Positions 53,593 through 62,669 of a DNA stretch of 64,000 nt are shown here, one piece after another. The stretch comes from an uncultured Methylomirabilota bacterium. GTDB lineage: Bacteria > Methylomirabilota > Methylomirabilia > Methylomirabilales > 2-02-FULL-66-22. The notes under the pieces are model-generated. The model had not been told where the DNA came from. It was given only the letters and a program-made list of their open reading frames with translations, and made no database searches. The stretch's first letter is position 1. Every line of letters starts with the position of its first letter. Position numbers and translations under genes: made by a program. The stretch lies in contig CAWJSJ010000002.1 in assembly GCA_963845565.1 (NCBI GenBank), forward strand, positions 192,001 through 256,000, read 5' to 3'.

Positions 53593-54273
53593 ATGACCAT
53601 AAGAACACCAGCAGAATCCGTTCCTGTCAGGGAACGTGCCTACGAGCACCTGAAGGCGTCCATCCTCTCCGGTCGCTTCAACCCCGGGGAGCGGCTGGCC
53701 GAGGAGCACCTCGCCAAAGAGTTGGGGATCAGCCGGACCCCGATTCGCGAGGCGCTTCACAAGTTGGAGTCGGAAGGCCTGATCAAGCCGCTGGCATCGA
53801 GAGGGTTTGTCGCCTCCCAGGACTCGAAGGACGATATTGAGGAACTGTTCGAGATCCGAGCCGTCCTGGAAGGCTATGCCCTGCGGCTCATCTGCGGGCG
53901 CATCACCGAGACGGTGCTCGCGCAGCTCGAGGAAACGGTCGAGAAGGCGGAAGAGGCGCTGAGACGTCATGGCCTGGACGAGATCTTTCAGTGGAACACC
54001 CGATTCCACGACACGCTGCACGATCTGATCACCGACAAGCGCCGCCTCTATCACCAGATGGTCACCATGCGGCAGTACGTGCTGCGGTACCGCAAGAACA
54101 CCCTGCAGTATCCGGACGGCGGCGCGCGGACGGTGGACGGCCACCGGAAGATTTTGCTGGCATTGCGGCTCCGGGATCCCGATCTGTGCGAGCGAGTGAT
54201 GCGTGAACACATCCAGCAGTCGAAGACGGACGCCCTGCAGTTCTTATTCACGAAAGACAAGGAGGTGATCTGA
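53593..54273 (+). CDS. GntR/FadR-family (FCD) transcriptional regulator
   Basis: PGERL.EEHLAKELGISRTPIREAL; N..FH and H..I FCD motifs. Confidence 0.92.
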   Translation: MTIRTPAESVPVRERAYEHLKASILSGRFNPGERLAEEHLAKELGISRTPIREALHKLESEGLIKPLASRGFVASQDSKDDIEELFEIRAVLEGYALRLICGRITETVLAQLEETVEKAEEALRRHGLDEIFQWNTRFHDTLHDLITDKRRLYHQMVTMRQYVLRYRKNTLQYPDGGARTVDGHRKILLALRLRDPDLCERVMREHIQQSKTDALQFLFTKDKEVI

Positions 54274-54275
54274 CC

Positions 54276-54590
54276 ATGGCAAAGCACATCGAGGTGTGCG
54301 TGGACAAGTGCACCGGCTGCAAGCTGTGCGAACTTGCCTGCTCCGCCGTGAAGACGGGGCAGTTCAACCCGAGAGCATCCAGGATCAAGGTGGTGCTCGT
54401 GGATATCCCGGAAATCCCGGTCCCCATCCTGACCGAAGGCTGCGACTACTGCTTCGGGAATCCGGCGTGCGTCAGCGTCTGCCTGCCCCAGGCCATCGTC
54501 TGGAAAGAGATGGACGCCAAGCCCCCCCGGCCCAAGGTGTCGGAGGCGAAGGCCATCGCCCACGCCTGGCTTGAAACCGTCAGCCGCTGA
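54276..54590 (+). CDS. 4Fe-4S ferredoxin-like AOR partner
   Basis: CTGCKLCELAC and CDYC..PACVSVC. Confidence 0.85.
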   Translation: MAKHIEVCVDKCTGCKLCELACSAVKTGQFNPRASRIKVVLVDIPEIPVPILTEGCDYCFGNPACVSVCLPQAIVWKEMDAKPPRPKVSEAKAIAHAWLETVSR

Positions 54591-54692
54591 GCCGTTGTCA
54601 AAGAATAAGTTGAGCGGAGACATTCCGAAACGGCATAAGGAGCCGTAACGAAATAGAAAGAGATGTATAGGTTATTTCGTAACGGCTCCTAA
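54588..54692. repeat. Family A repeat, full copy
   Basis: TGA-GCCGTTGTCAAAGAATAA...AACGGCATAAGGAGCCGTAACGAAATA...TATTTCGTAACGGCTCCTAA. Confidence 0.9.
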
Positions 54693-54701
54693 GGGACGAG
54701 C

Positions 54702-54995
54702 GTGGCGACGATCAAGGTGAAAGGCTTTTCGGTGATCCGGGACGTCTTCGGCGCGACCGAGGTCGCGCTCGAGGTGGGCCATCCCGAGACCGTGAAGGCG
54801 GCGCTGAACGCGCTGCTGCAGACCTACGGGGAGCCCCTCAAAAAAGTGCTGGTGGACCCGGACACCGGGGAGATGACCCCCTTTCTGCTCGTCCTGAACG
54901 GGGAGGCGATTTCGTCGACCCTCGATACAGACAGGCCCGTAAAGACCGGAGATGAGATGACCCTCATCTTCCCGATCGGAGGAGGTTCATCGTGA
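54702..54995 (+). CDS. MoaD/ThiS family sulfur carrier
   Basis: Ubiquitin-like size; ends ..GDEMTLIFPIGGGSS. Confidence 0.8.
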   Translation: MATIKVKGFSVIRDVFGATEVALEVGHPETVKAALNALLQTYGEPLKKVLVDPDTGEMTPFLLVLNGEAISSTLDTDRPVKTGDEMTLIFPIGGGSS

Positions 54996-56857
54996 CGAAC
55001 GGATTCAAGTACGGCGGATACAAGGGCCAGACTGCTCCGCGTGAACCTGACCAAGAAAGAGATCACCACAGAGCCTCTGCGCGAGGACTGGGTGCGGGAC
55101 TTCGTTGGCGGCGTAGGCTACTCCGCGCGCCTCCTCTACGAAGAGATCCCCGCCAAGATCGACCCCCTCGGGCCGCAGAACAAGCTGTTCTTCATGACCG
55201 GGCCGGTCAACGGGACCATGATCCCGGCGGCGTCCCGCTCCACGGCCTGCGCCAAGTCGCCGCTGACGGGCTCCTTCTTCCACAGCATCTTCGGCGGGTA
55301 CTGGGGGCCCGAGTTGAAATTCGCCGGCTATGACGGACTGATCGTCGAGGGCAAGGCCGACAAGCCGGTGTACCTCTGGATCGACGACGGCAAGGTCGAG
55401 ATCCGCGACGCCTCCCACCTCTGGGGGAAGGACCCCTTCAAGGCGCAGGAGATCATTCGCCAGGAGATCGGCGACGACGAGATCCACATCGCCACGATCG
55501 GCGAGGCCGGCGAGAACCTGGTACTCCTACGCCATGATCCTGCTCGACATCCGGGCCGCGGGGCGCGGCGGCATGGGCGCGGTGATGGGGTCGAAGAACC
55601 TGAAGGCCATCGCGGTGCGGGGCACGGGCAGCGTCAACGTCCCCAACATGCTCCGGGTCTACAACACCACGCAGCGCCTCAACGAGCTGGTCGCCACCAA
55701 CCCGGCGGTCAAGGGTCTCTCCGAGTACGGCACGCCCCGCAACGTGCTCAGCATGAACGCCGGCGGCATCCTGCCCACCCGCAACTGGCAGACCGAGGTC
55801 TTCGCCGGGTCAGAGGGGATCAGCGGCGAGACCATGAAGGAGAAGGTCGTCAAGGGGCATCGCGCCTGCTTCGCCTGCTCCATCAACTGCACCAAGTACA
55901 GCGTCGTCCCCTCCGGCCGCTACAAGTCGATCATCAACGGCCCGGACTACGAGACGGTCTACGGCTTCGGCAGCATCTGCGGGGTGGACGACATCGAGGC
56001 CCTCTGCAAGGCCGACGAGGTCTGCGACGAGTACGGGATCGATCTGATCCAGCGCCTCCATGAGCGTGGCCTGGGCCATGGAGTGCTACGAGAAGGGGAT
56101 CTTCACCAAGGAGGACACGGGCGGCCTCGACCTCAGCTGGGGGAACGCCGACGCCATGATCGCAGCTGACCGAGATGATCGGCAAGCGGGAGGGCCTCGG
56201 CGCGCTGCTGGCCAAGGGCACCCGGGAGGCCGCCAAGATCGTCGGCAAGGGTTCGCGAGCGCTTTGTCATCTCCAACAAGGGGGTGGACTGGCCGGGCCA
56301 CACCTGCCGGCCGTTCCCCGGCACGGCCGTCGGCTATGCCACCGGGCCGCGGGGTGGGAGCCACCACGACATCCGGCCCACACTGGAGAAGAGCGGGGCT
56401 GGTGGACCGCAAGGTGCTCGAAGGCAAGGGAGCGATGGCGTCCGAGGTCAACCACTGGCTGATCCTGGCCGACTCGGCGGTCGTCTGCCACCTGGCCGAG
56501 CCCATCTGGGGCCCCGCGAAGGTCAGCGAAAATCTCATCGAGGCGCTGAACGCCGTCACGGGGTGGAACCTCGACTACGACCAGGCCCGGAAGATCGCCG
56601 AACGTCAGTGGAACATGATTCGCTGCTTCGCGGCCCGCGAAGGCTTCACGCGCGACGACGATACGCTGCCGATTCGGTTCATGGAGGAGCCGGTCCCGGA
56701 AGGACCGATGAAGGGGACGCTGATCTCCAAGGAGACGCTGGAGGGGCTGAAGGATCAGTACTTCGACTACCGCGGCTGGGACAAGAAGACGGGAAACCCG
56801 ACCAAGGAGAAACTCACCGAGCTCGGGCTGGAGTTCGCCATCAAGGACGTCTGCTGA
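54992..56857 (+). CDS. Aldehyde:ferredoxin oxidoreductase, multiply frameshifted
   Basis: KSPLTG, ELKFAGYD, GRGGMGAVMGSKNLKA, CFACSINC, PDYET, DEYGID, YFDYRGWD. Confidence 0.88.
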
Positions 56858-56893
56858 GGCGCGCCGACACGGCGTGTGTGCCCCAGGAAAAGG

Positions 56894-56930
56894 GCGAGGG
56901 GCGGGTGATCACACACCCGCCCCTCGCATT
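56894..56930. terminator. Hairpin terminator between convergent genes
   Basis: 14-bp perfect stem GCGAGGGGCGGGTG/CACCCGCCCCTCGC. Confidence 0.7.
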
Positions 56931-56962
56931 TGCTGCCGACGCCTGGGCCTGAACTCTCGGAC

Positions 56963-57772
56963 CTACCGCCCCTTCCACTGCGGCGTGCGCTTCTCCAAGA
57001 ACGCCGACACGCCTTCCCTGAAATCTTCGCTCAGGTAGCACATCAGGTACAGGTCGGCCGGCTCGTCGATGCGCCCATGCATCAGCAGGCGCCGCACGCT
57101 CTCCTTGACGGAGCGCAGCGTGAGCGGGGCGTGGCCGGCAATGAGCTGCGCGAGTTCTTCCGTGCGCGACTCGAGCGCCTCCGCCCCGACCGCCTCGCTG
57201 AATAGGCCGATCGCTTTCCCCTCCGCGGCGTCGATGAAACGCGCGGTGAAGAGGAGCTCCGTGGTTCGGGCCGGCCCGATCAGCGCGACCAGTCGCGACA
57301 GGTTCTGTGCCGACAGCGTGTTTCCCAGCGTGCGGGCGATCGGCACGCCGAACTTCGCGTCGTGAGCGGCGATGCGAAGATCGCAGGCGACGGCGATGGC
57401 CGCTCCGCCGCCCACGCAGTACCCGCGAATCATCGCGATGGTCGGTTTTTGGACGGCCTCCAGCCGGCTCACGTATCGGTTGACGCTGCGCTCGTAGTGC
57501 AGCGCATCCTCGGCGGTCTTGAACGCCTGGAACTGCGAGATGTCGGTACCCGCCACGAAGGCGCGATCGCCCGCGCCGCGGAGTACGAAGGCGCGCACCG
57601 CCTCGTCGGCGTCCACGTGTTCGCACGCGGCGTGCAACCCGTCGTACATCGCCCACGTCATGGCATTGCGCGCCTGAGGCCGGTTGAACGTCAGCCAGGC
57701 GACGGGCCCGGTCTCGAAGAGCAGGTCGTCCGTGCCCAGATCGATACTCCTCCGCGCGCCGGGACTCGCCAT
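56963..57772 (-). CDS. Enoyl-CoA hydratase/isomerase family protein
   Basis: FNRPQARNA, AFVAGTDI, GYCVGGG..CDLRIA, EGVSAFLEKR. Confidence 0.9.
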   Translation of the reverse strand: MASPGARRSIDLGTDDLLFETGPVAWLTFNRPQARNAMTWAMYDGLHAACEHVDADEAVRAFVLRGAGDRAFVAGTDISQFQAFKTAEDALHYERSVNRYVSRLEAVQKPTIAMIRGYCVGGGAAIAVACDLRIAAHDAKFGVPIARTLGNTLSAQNLSRLVALIGPARTTELLFTARFIDAAEGKAIGLFSEAVGAEALESRTEELAQLIAGHAPLTLRSVKESVRRLLMHGRIDEPADLYLMCYLSEDFREGVSAFLEKRTPQWKGR

Positions 57773-57823
57773 GCGTGATCCTTCTCGTCGGGAATGCAGG
57801 CTGCCGAAAAACCGCTTCTCGGC

Positions 57824-57989
57824 CAGGCCGCTCAAAAAGGTCCAGATGCCAGGCGGCGTCACCCATCCTCTGGATGGGTACCCGGGGCTGAGTGAGGCGT
57901 ACTTCAGGTACGCCGCAGCGAGTGCCCGAGCGGGCGGGGTACCCGTCCGCAAGATGGGTCCCCGCAGATGGGCCGTTTTCAGCGGCCTG
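57824..57989. repeat. Family B palindromic repeat, copy 5
   Basis: CAGGCCGCTCAAAAAGG...CCGTTTTCAGCGGCCTG; two ACCC..GGGT sub-hairpins. Confidence 0.9.
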
Positions 57990-59006
57990 TTAGAACTCCA
58001 CCACCGCCTTGACCACCCCTCGATCCGGGTTCAGCCAGCCCGGGAACTCGGCCAGCATCTTGTCGGCGGGAGCGCGATGGGTGATCCACGGCGCCAAGTC
58101 GATCCGGCCATCCTCCACCATCTGCATGGCCCAGGTGAAATCCGCGGACGTCGCATTCCGGCTGCGGATCAGCGTCAGCTCGCGCCGGTGGAGCTCCGAA
58201 TCGGTAAAGGTGATATCCGCCTGGACCAAGGACACGTACACCAGTTTGCCGCCGTTGGCTACGTACTGGACCGCCTGCATCATGGATTGGGGGCTGCCGG
58301 TGGCGTCGAAGACGGTCGTCGGCAGGTCGCCGCCAAGCATTGCTTCCAGTTGCTTTCCGGTCTCCCCGCGTCCGTCCAAGCACCGCTCGACGTCCAGGTG
58401 GGCACGGCAGAATTCCCGCCGCCAATCGCTGATCTCCAGGACGCTGACCCGCGCCCCGGCCAGCTGCGCAAACGTCGTGGTGGCGAGCCCGATGGGGCCG
58501 GCGCCGATGACCAAGGCGTTCTCCCCCGGCTCCAGCTGCGCGCGCCGGACGGCGTGCGCCCCGATCGTGAGCATCTCCACCAAGGCCAGCTGGTCCGGCG
58601 AAAGCGTGCGCGACCGGTGCAGCTTGCCGACGGGCACAGCGATGAACTCGCACATGCCCCCGTCGGTATGGACGCCCAACACCTGCAACGAGACGCAGCA
58701 GTTGGTCTTCCCGCGGCGGCAGGCAATGCACCGCCCGCAGTGCAGGTACGGCTCGACCGCGCAGTGGTCGCCGACGGCCAGGCCCTTCTCGTTCGGTCCG
58801 ACGGCCACGATCTCGACCCCCAGTTCGTGTCCCACGACCCGCGGATACGTGAAGAAGGGCTGGTTCCCCTTGAAGGCATGGAGGTCGCTGCCGCAGACCC
58901 CCACCCGATGGATGCGGACCAGCGCCTGGCCGGGCGCTGGGTCGTCCGGACGGGGTCGTTCCGTCAACAGGAAGCTTCCCGGCTTTTCCAGCACGATCGT
59001 CTTCAT
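57990..59006 (-). CDS. Zn-binding alcohol dehydrogenase (sugar-acid dehydrogenase-like)
   Basis: GVCGSD, GHE, CGRCIAC..NCC, GAGPIG, SRNAT. Confidence 0.9.
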   Translation of the reverse strand: MKTIVLEKPGSFLLTERPRPDDPAPGQALVRIHRVGVCGSDLHAFKGNQPFFTYPRVVGHELGVEIVAVGPNEKGLAVGDHCAVEPYLHCGRCIACRRGKTNCCVSLQVLGVHTDGGMCEFIAVPVGKLHRSRTLSPDQLALVEMLTIGAHAVRRAQLEPGENALVIGAGPIGLATTTFAQLAGARVSVLEISDWRREFCRAHLDVERCLDGRGETGKQLEAMLGGDLPTTVFDATGSPQSMMQAVQYVANGGKLVYVSLVQADITFTDSELHRRELTLIRSRNATSADFTWAMQMVEDGRIDLAPWITHRAPADKMLAEFPGWLNPDRGVVKAVVEF

Positions 59007-59120
59007 GGCTATCTCCGTGCTCCGGGGGGCGCACAGACTCCCGCAAAGCGCCCCTGCTGCAGATCTCGCAGGGGCGGTGCCCCGGAACGATCTGCGAATT
59101 CTGTGGATTCCCTTCGGATC

Positions 59121-59432
59121 TCAGCGCGCGGAGAGGCGCTCGCGCTCGCGCTGGAGGGCCTCTTTTCCGGCTTGGACCGCTGCTGAAAGAATCGACCGCT
59201 TCTCCTCGATGGTCTCCTTGCTGCGCTCGAGGGCATCCTCGGTCTTATCCCGAAGCTCCTCGGTGAGGTCAATGGTTTTATCGCGCAGGTCGGCTGCCAG
59301 ATCGCGCAACCGCTCGCGCGTTCGGCGGCCGGATTCCGGCGCGAACAGAAGGGCCAGACCGGCGCCGAGAACGCCGCCCACAATGAACCCCAAAGCAACT
59401 GCCGACCCCGAACAGCCACGTTCCTCGCTCAT
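59121..59432 (-). CDS. YtxH-domain protein
   Basis: GFIVGGVLGAGLALLFAPESGRRTRERL. Confidence 0.85.
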   Translation of the reverse strand: MSEERGCSGSAVALGFIVGGVLGAGLALLFAPESGRRTRERLRDLAADLRDKTIDLTEELRDKTEDALERSKETIEEKRSILSAAVQAGKEALQRERERLSAR

Positions 59433-59830
59433 GACGCCTCCCTCCTTGCTCGATACAGCTTCCACAGGGTCTTCGTCCCGGCCCGCACGCCGGCCAGCAA
59501 GCTGAAAGCCGGGACGAGTCGCGACCCCATCAGCCCCCGGATCGTCCCGGTGGCGGCACACACCCCCTCGCCGACACGCTCGAGCCTGAGCACGGCCCCC
59601 CGCACCCGCTCCGTGGTGTCCGCCGCCCCTTGCGCCGCACGCTGCAGAGTTCGGATCGCTTCCCGCGCCTCCTGCACCGTCGGTTTCAGTTCCAGCTCGA
59701 GAGACCGCACGAACTCCTGCAATCGCCAGGAGGCGCGGCGGATTTCCAGGGCCACGGCGACCAGCACGATGGTCCACACGACGCTCATCGCAGCGAGCGT
59801 GACCAGCGAACCCACGGCAAGCCCGTTCAT
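59429..59830 (-). CDS. DUF948/YoxC-like membrane-anchored coiled-coil protein
   Basis: N-terminal TM followed by heptad-like helix; overlaps the YtxH-domain gene. Confidence 0.6.
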   Translation of the reverse strand: MNGLAVGSLVTLAAMSVVWTIVLVAVALEIRRASWRLQEFVRSLELELKPTVQEAREAIRTLQRAAQGAADTTERVRGAVLRLERVGEGVCAATGTIRGLMGSRLVPAFSLLAGVRAGTKTLWKLYRARREAS

Positions 59831-59902
59831 CTCAGACCACCCCTTTCTCCCCAGAGAATGTGATGGGCGGCCCGGCCGCGACGGAATGGCCGGGCGTGTT
59901 CT

Positions 59903-60538
59903 TCACTCCCGCTTCCGAAGTTCGCTCAACCGGTCGAACAATCGCATGACTTCGGCCAGCGGCCGCCCCCGCCGCAACCGTCGCTCGACGTCGGCTTCGT
60001 GCCGCTTCACCTCCAGTGCCCGAGACGTGACCTCGCGCACGCGCTGGGCGGCGAAGACCACCACACCGTCCTCGTCTCCGTGCACGATGTCGCCGGGTTG
60101 CACCGACGCGCCCCCGCAGATGATCGGGACCTGCGTCTCAAGAAGGCGCTCGGCCGTGCCGATCCGGGGTGTGGCGGCCCGGGCGAAGACGGGGATGCCG
60201 ACCGCCTCGAGCCCCACGAGGTCCCGCACCGCCCCGTCCACCACAAAACCGTGGACCCCCTTGCGGCGCGCCTCGATGGCCATGAGCTTTCCCAGCAGCG
60301 CCGCCTCCATCATACCGCTCCCGTCCACGACTAGGACTTCCCCCTCCCGCGCCTCCGCCAGCGCGCGGAGCAGCGTGAGGTAGTCCCCCGGAAAGCAGCG
60401 AACGGTGCGGGCCACGCCGATCAGACGCGCGGTCGGCGTCATCGGTTTGATGGCGGACGCCATCGTCCCGAGCCGACCCAGGGCGTCCGACAGGACGGCG
60501 GTCGGAATGCGAGCGATGCGGCTTAACGGATCACGCAC
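59903..60538 (-). CDS. RraA/HMG aldolase family protein (start uncertain)
   Basis: TAVLSDAL, VLVVDG, VVDGAVRD, VQPGDIVHGDEDGVV. Confidence 0.85.
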   Translation of the reverse strand: MRDPLSRIARIPTAVLSDALGRLGTMASAIKPMTPTARLIGVARTVRCFPGDYLTLLRALAEAREGEVLVVDGSGMMEAALLGKLMAIEARRKGVHGFVVDGAVRDLVGLEAVGIPVFARAATPRIGTAERLLETQVPIICGGASVQPGDIVHGDEDGVVVFAAQRVREVTSRALEVKRHEADVERRLRRGRPLAEVMRLFDRLSELRKRE

Positions 60539-60569
60539 GAATGCACCGCCGAGGCCGCGCGCCGGCGCC

Positions 60570-61361
60570 TCATGGAAGGAGAGCAATCACGCGCACCGGA
60601 GCCGAGGCCGCCTCCAGTCGGAGGGGAGCGATGATCAACTTGGCACCCTTGACCGGCAGCCGGTCCAGGTTGGCCAAATTCTCGAGCCGCCAGACACCGG
60701 ATGGTACGACCAGCAATCCCGGGTCCCCCGGTGCCGCACCGCCGGGCAGGTAGGCGTCCAATCCCAGACCGCGGACCTGGCGTTCCTCGAGGAACACCAG
60801 AGCGGCCGCCGAAAACCCCGGCACCCGCGGAATACCCTGCGGGTCGTGGTTGGCGTACCGGACGGCATCCGACCAGCGCTGCGCCCACCCGGTTCGCAAC
60901 AGCACCGCGCTCTGTTTTGGGATGCGGCCGTTCCTCCGCTCCCACGCGCGCAGGTCCTCTGCGGTCGCCTGATAGTCCGCCACCTGGAGAACCTGCTGCG
61001 CGACATCCACGACCACAACCGGAACCAGAAGCTCCCGGAAGGGAATCTGCGCCACTGTGCGTTTGCCCTGTCGGGGCGCTCCCGGCGCATGCAGCCTGGT
61101 CTCGAAATTCCTCTCGGCGGCGGCGCGCCCGGTCTGGTCCTGTCGGTTCCCCTCGCCAGAGGCCTCCCGCTGTCGCTCGGGGCCACTCGAGCCGCTCTCT
61201 ACGGGGTGGGTCAGGTCCACGATCGCGGACTTCCCCAGCATCGCCCGCTCCAGCGCCCCCGCCTCCACCGGGCTGACAGGCAAGGGCAGTAGCGCAGCAG
61301 CCACGGCTAGGGCCCCTAACCGCGCACACCACCGTTGCGGTCCGCGGATCCGTCGCGCCAT
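60570..61361 (-). CDS. Cyclase (kynurenine formamidase-like) family protein, exported, degenerate active site
   Basis: IVDLTHP, VLLRTGW, PGFS, GLGLD, ENLANLDRLP, APVRVIA. Confidence 0.75.
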   Translation of the reverse strand: MARRIRGPQRWCARLGALAVAAALLPLPVSPVEAGALERAMLGKSAIVDLTHPVESGSSGPERQREASGEGNRQDQTGRAAAERNFETRLHAPGAPRQGKRTVAQIPFRELLVPVVVVDVAQQVLQVADYQATAEDLRAWERRNGRIPKQSAVLLRTGWAQRWSDAVRYANHDPQGIPRVPGFSAAALVFLEERQVRGLGLDAYLPGGAAPGDPGLLVVPSGVWRLENLANLDRLPVKGAKLIIAPLRLEAASAPVRVIALLP

Positions 61362-61673
61362 AAACAGAATGCCAGGACCGAGTCCTGACGCGCTCCTTTC
61401 TGGGAGTCTCCTGCCGGTTTTCGGACATCACGAAGGGTCAAAGGCACCATAGCATAGGCCCAAATAGCTGTCAACGCAGAGCCGGAGCGCGCGCCGACGG
61501 AAAGACGTGCGGCGACTGTCTTCCAGCGGTCGGGCTCGCCGTGAGCCGCCTGAAGGTCGCCCGGGCCAAAGACTGTCAGTTCCGACCGGACGCTGTCGCC
61601 GCGCCCGCGGCGATTGACGTGACGCCGCATCTCGGTTACCCTGGAATTCGGGGTCCGGAAAGGAGGCCGCATC

Positions 61674-61823
61674 ATGACACCAGAGGAAACCCAGGGGACC
61701 GACAAGCGCTTTTGCCCCTACTGCTTCATGCAGCAATTCGAGGTCACGGAGACGTCGGTGGGCAGCGTCTATTGCGAGGTGTGCGGCCTCGACGTCGCGA
61801 TCAAGGATCTGGTGGGTCTGTGA
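61674..61823 (+). CDS. 49-aa zinc-ribbon microprotein (below the ORF track cutoff)
   Basis: AGGAGG RBS; CPYC-x16-CEVC; GTGA overlap with next gene. Confidence 0.7.
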   Translation: MTPEETQGTDKRFCPYCFMQQFEVTETSVGSVYCEVCGLDVAIKDLVGL

Positions 61824-62518
61824 GCCGTGTGCGCTCGGCAGGGCAACTGCTCCTGGCGTGTCTCGTCTGCCTGCTGCCGGCGTCGGCCTTCGCCGACAGC
61901 CTGCCCGAAATGGGCTGGCTCGGCATCTCGATCGCCGAGGTGGGCGAGGAGTTGGCGGACCGGCTGGCGTCGGCCTTTGGGCCGGCGACAGGCAACGGCG
62001 TGCAGGTCGTCGAGGTCCTCAAGGGCGGCCCGGCCGAGTCGGCCCGCCTCGCGCGAGGCGACGTCATCGTCCAGGTGGATACCCAGCCCATCTGGGATGT
62101 GCGGCAACTTCAGCGATTGATTCGATCCAGGCCCATCGGCGGCAGGCTGTCGCTGACCGTCTTGCGAGACGCCGCCCGCCTCACGCTGCCCGTCGTGGTC
62201 GGCCCCATGCCGCTCCCGGCGCGGGCTCAGCTCGCCGGCGAACGGTTCGGATTTTCGGTTCGCGAGCTCAGCGACGAAACCGTCGGGCAGCCGCCCGCCG
62301 CCGCGAGGATCGTGATCGCCTTCGTGGAGACGGATTCGCCTGCCGCGCGGGCCGGCCTCCGGCCGCTGGACGCCATCCTCACGCTCAACGACCAGCCGGT
62401 GCGCGACCTGGAAGGGTTCGCGCAGGCTCTCGCACGCTCGCAGCGCGCCGTCAGGCTGCTGCTGGAGCGGCGCGGCGCACCCGCACCCATCGCCGCCACC
62501 GTGGAACTCCCCGGATAG
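61820..62518 (+). CDS. Exported tandem PDZ-domain protein (HtrA-type PDZs, no protease domain)
   Basis: Signal peptide; GWLGISI..GGPA..GDVI and DSPAARAGLR..DAI. Confidence 0.8.
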   Translation: MSRVRSAGQLLLACLVCLLPASAFADSLPEMGWLGISIAEVGEELADRLASAFGPATGNGVQVVEVLKGGPAESARLARGDVIVQVDTQPIWDVRQLQRLIRSRPIGGRLSLTVLRDAARLTLPVVVGPMPLPARAQLAGERFGFSVRELSDETVGQPPAAARIVIAFVETDSPAARAGLRPLDAILTLNDQPVRDLEGFAQALARSQRAVRLLLERRGAPAPIAATVELPG

Positions 62519-62669
62519 GCGGCCCGCCCGCGCCCTCGGCGTGTTCTGCATCGGCTGAATCTATTTGTCTCATCGGCTATACTGTGATATCCGTGACACG
62601 AAAAGAGACTTTCCGGCACACCGAGTGCCGGCGAGAAGACCCTGTGCGAGGACACGAATGGAGATCCCC

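Noticed and set aside
56150..56180. TGA in the AOR gene as possible selenocysteine
   Set aside because: It is out of the coding frame in a frameshifted stretch (CAG CTG ACC GAG ATG) with no Cys-equivalent motif
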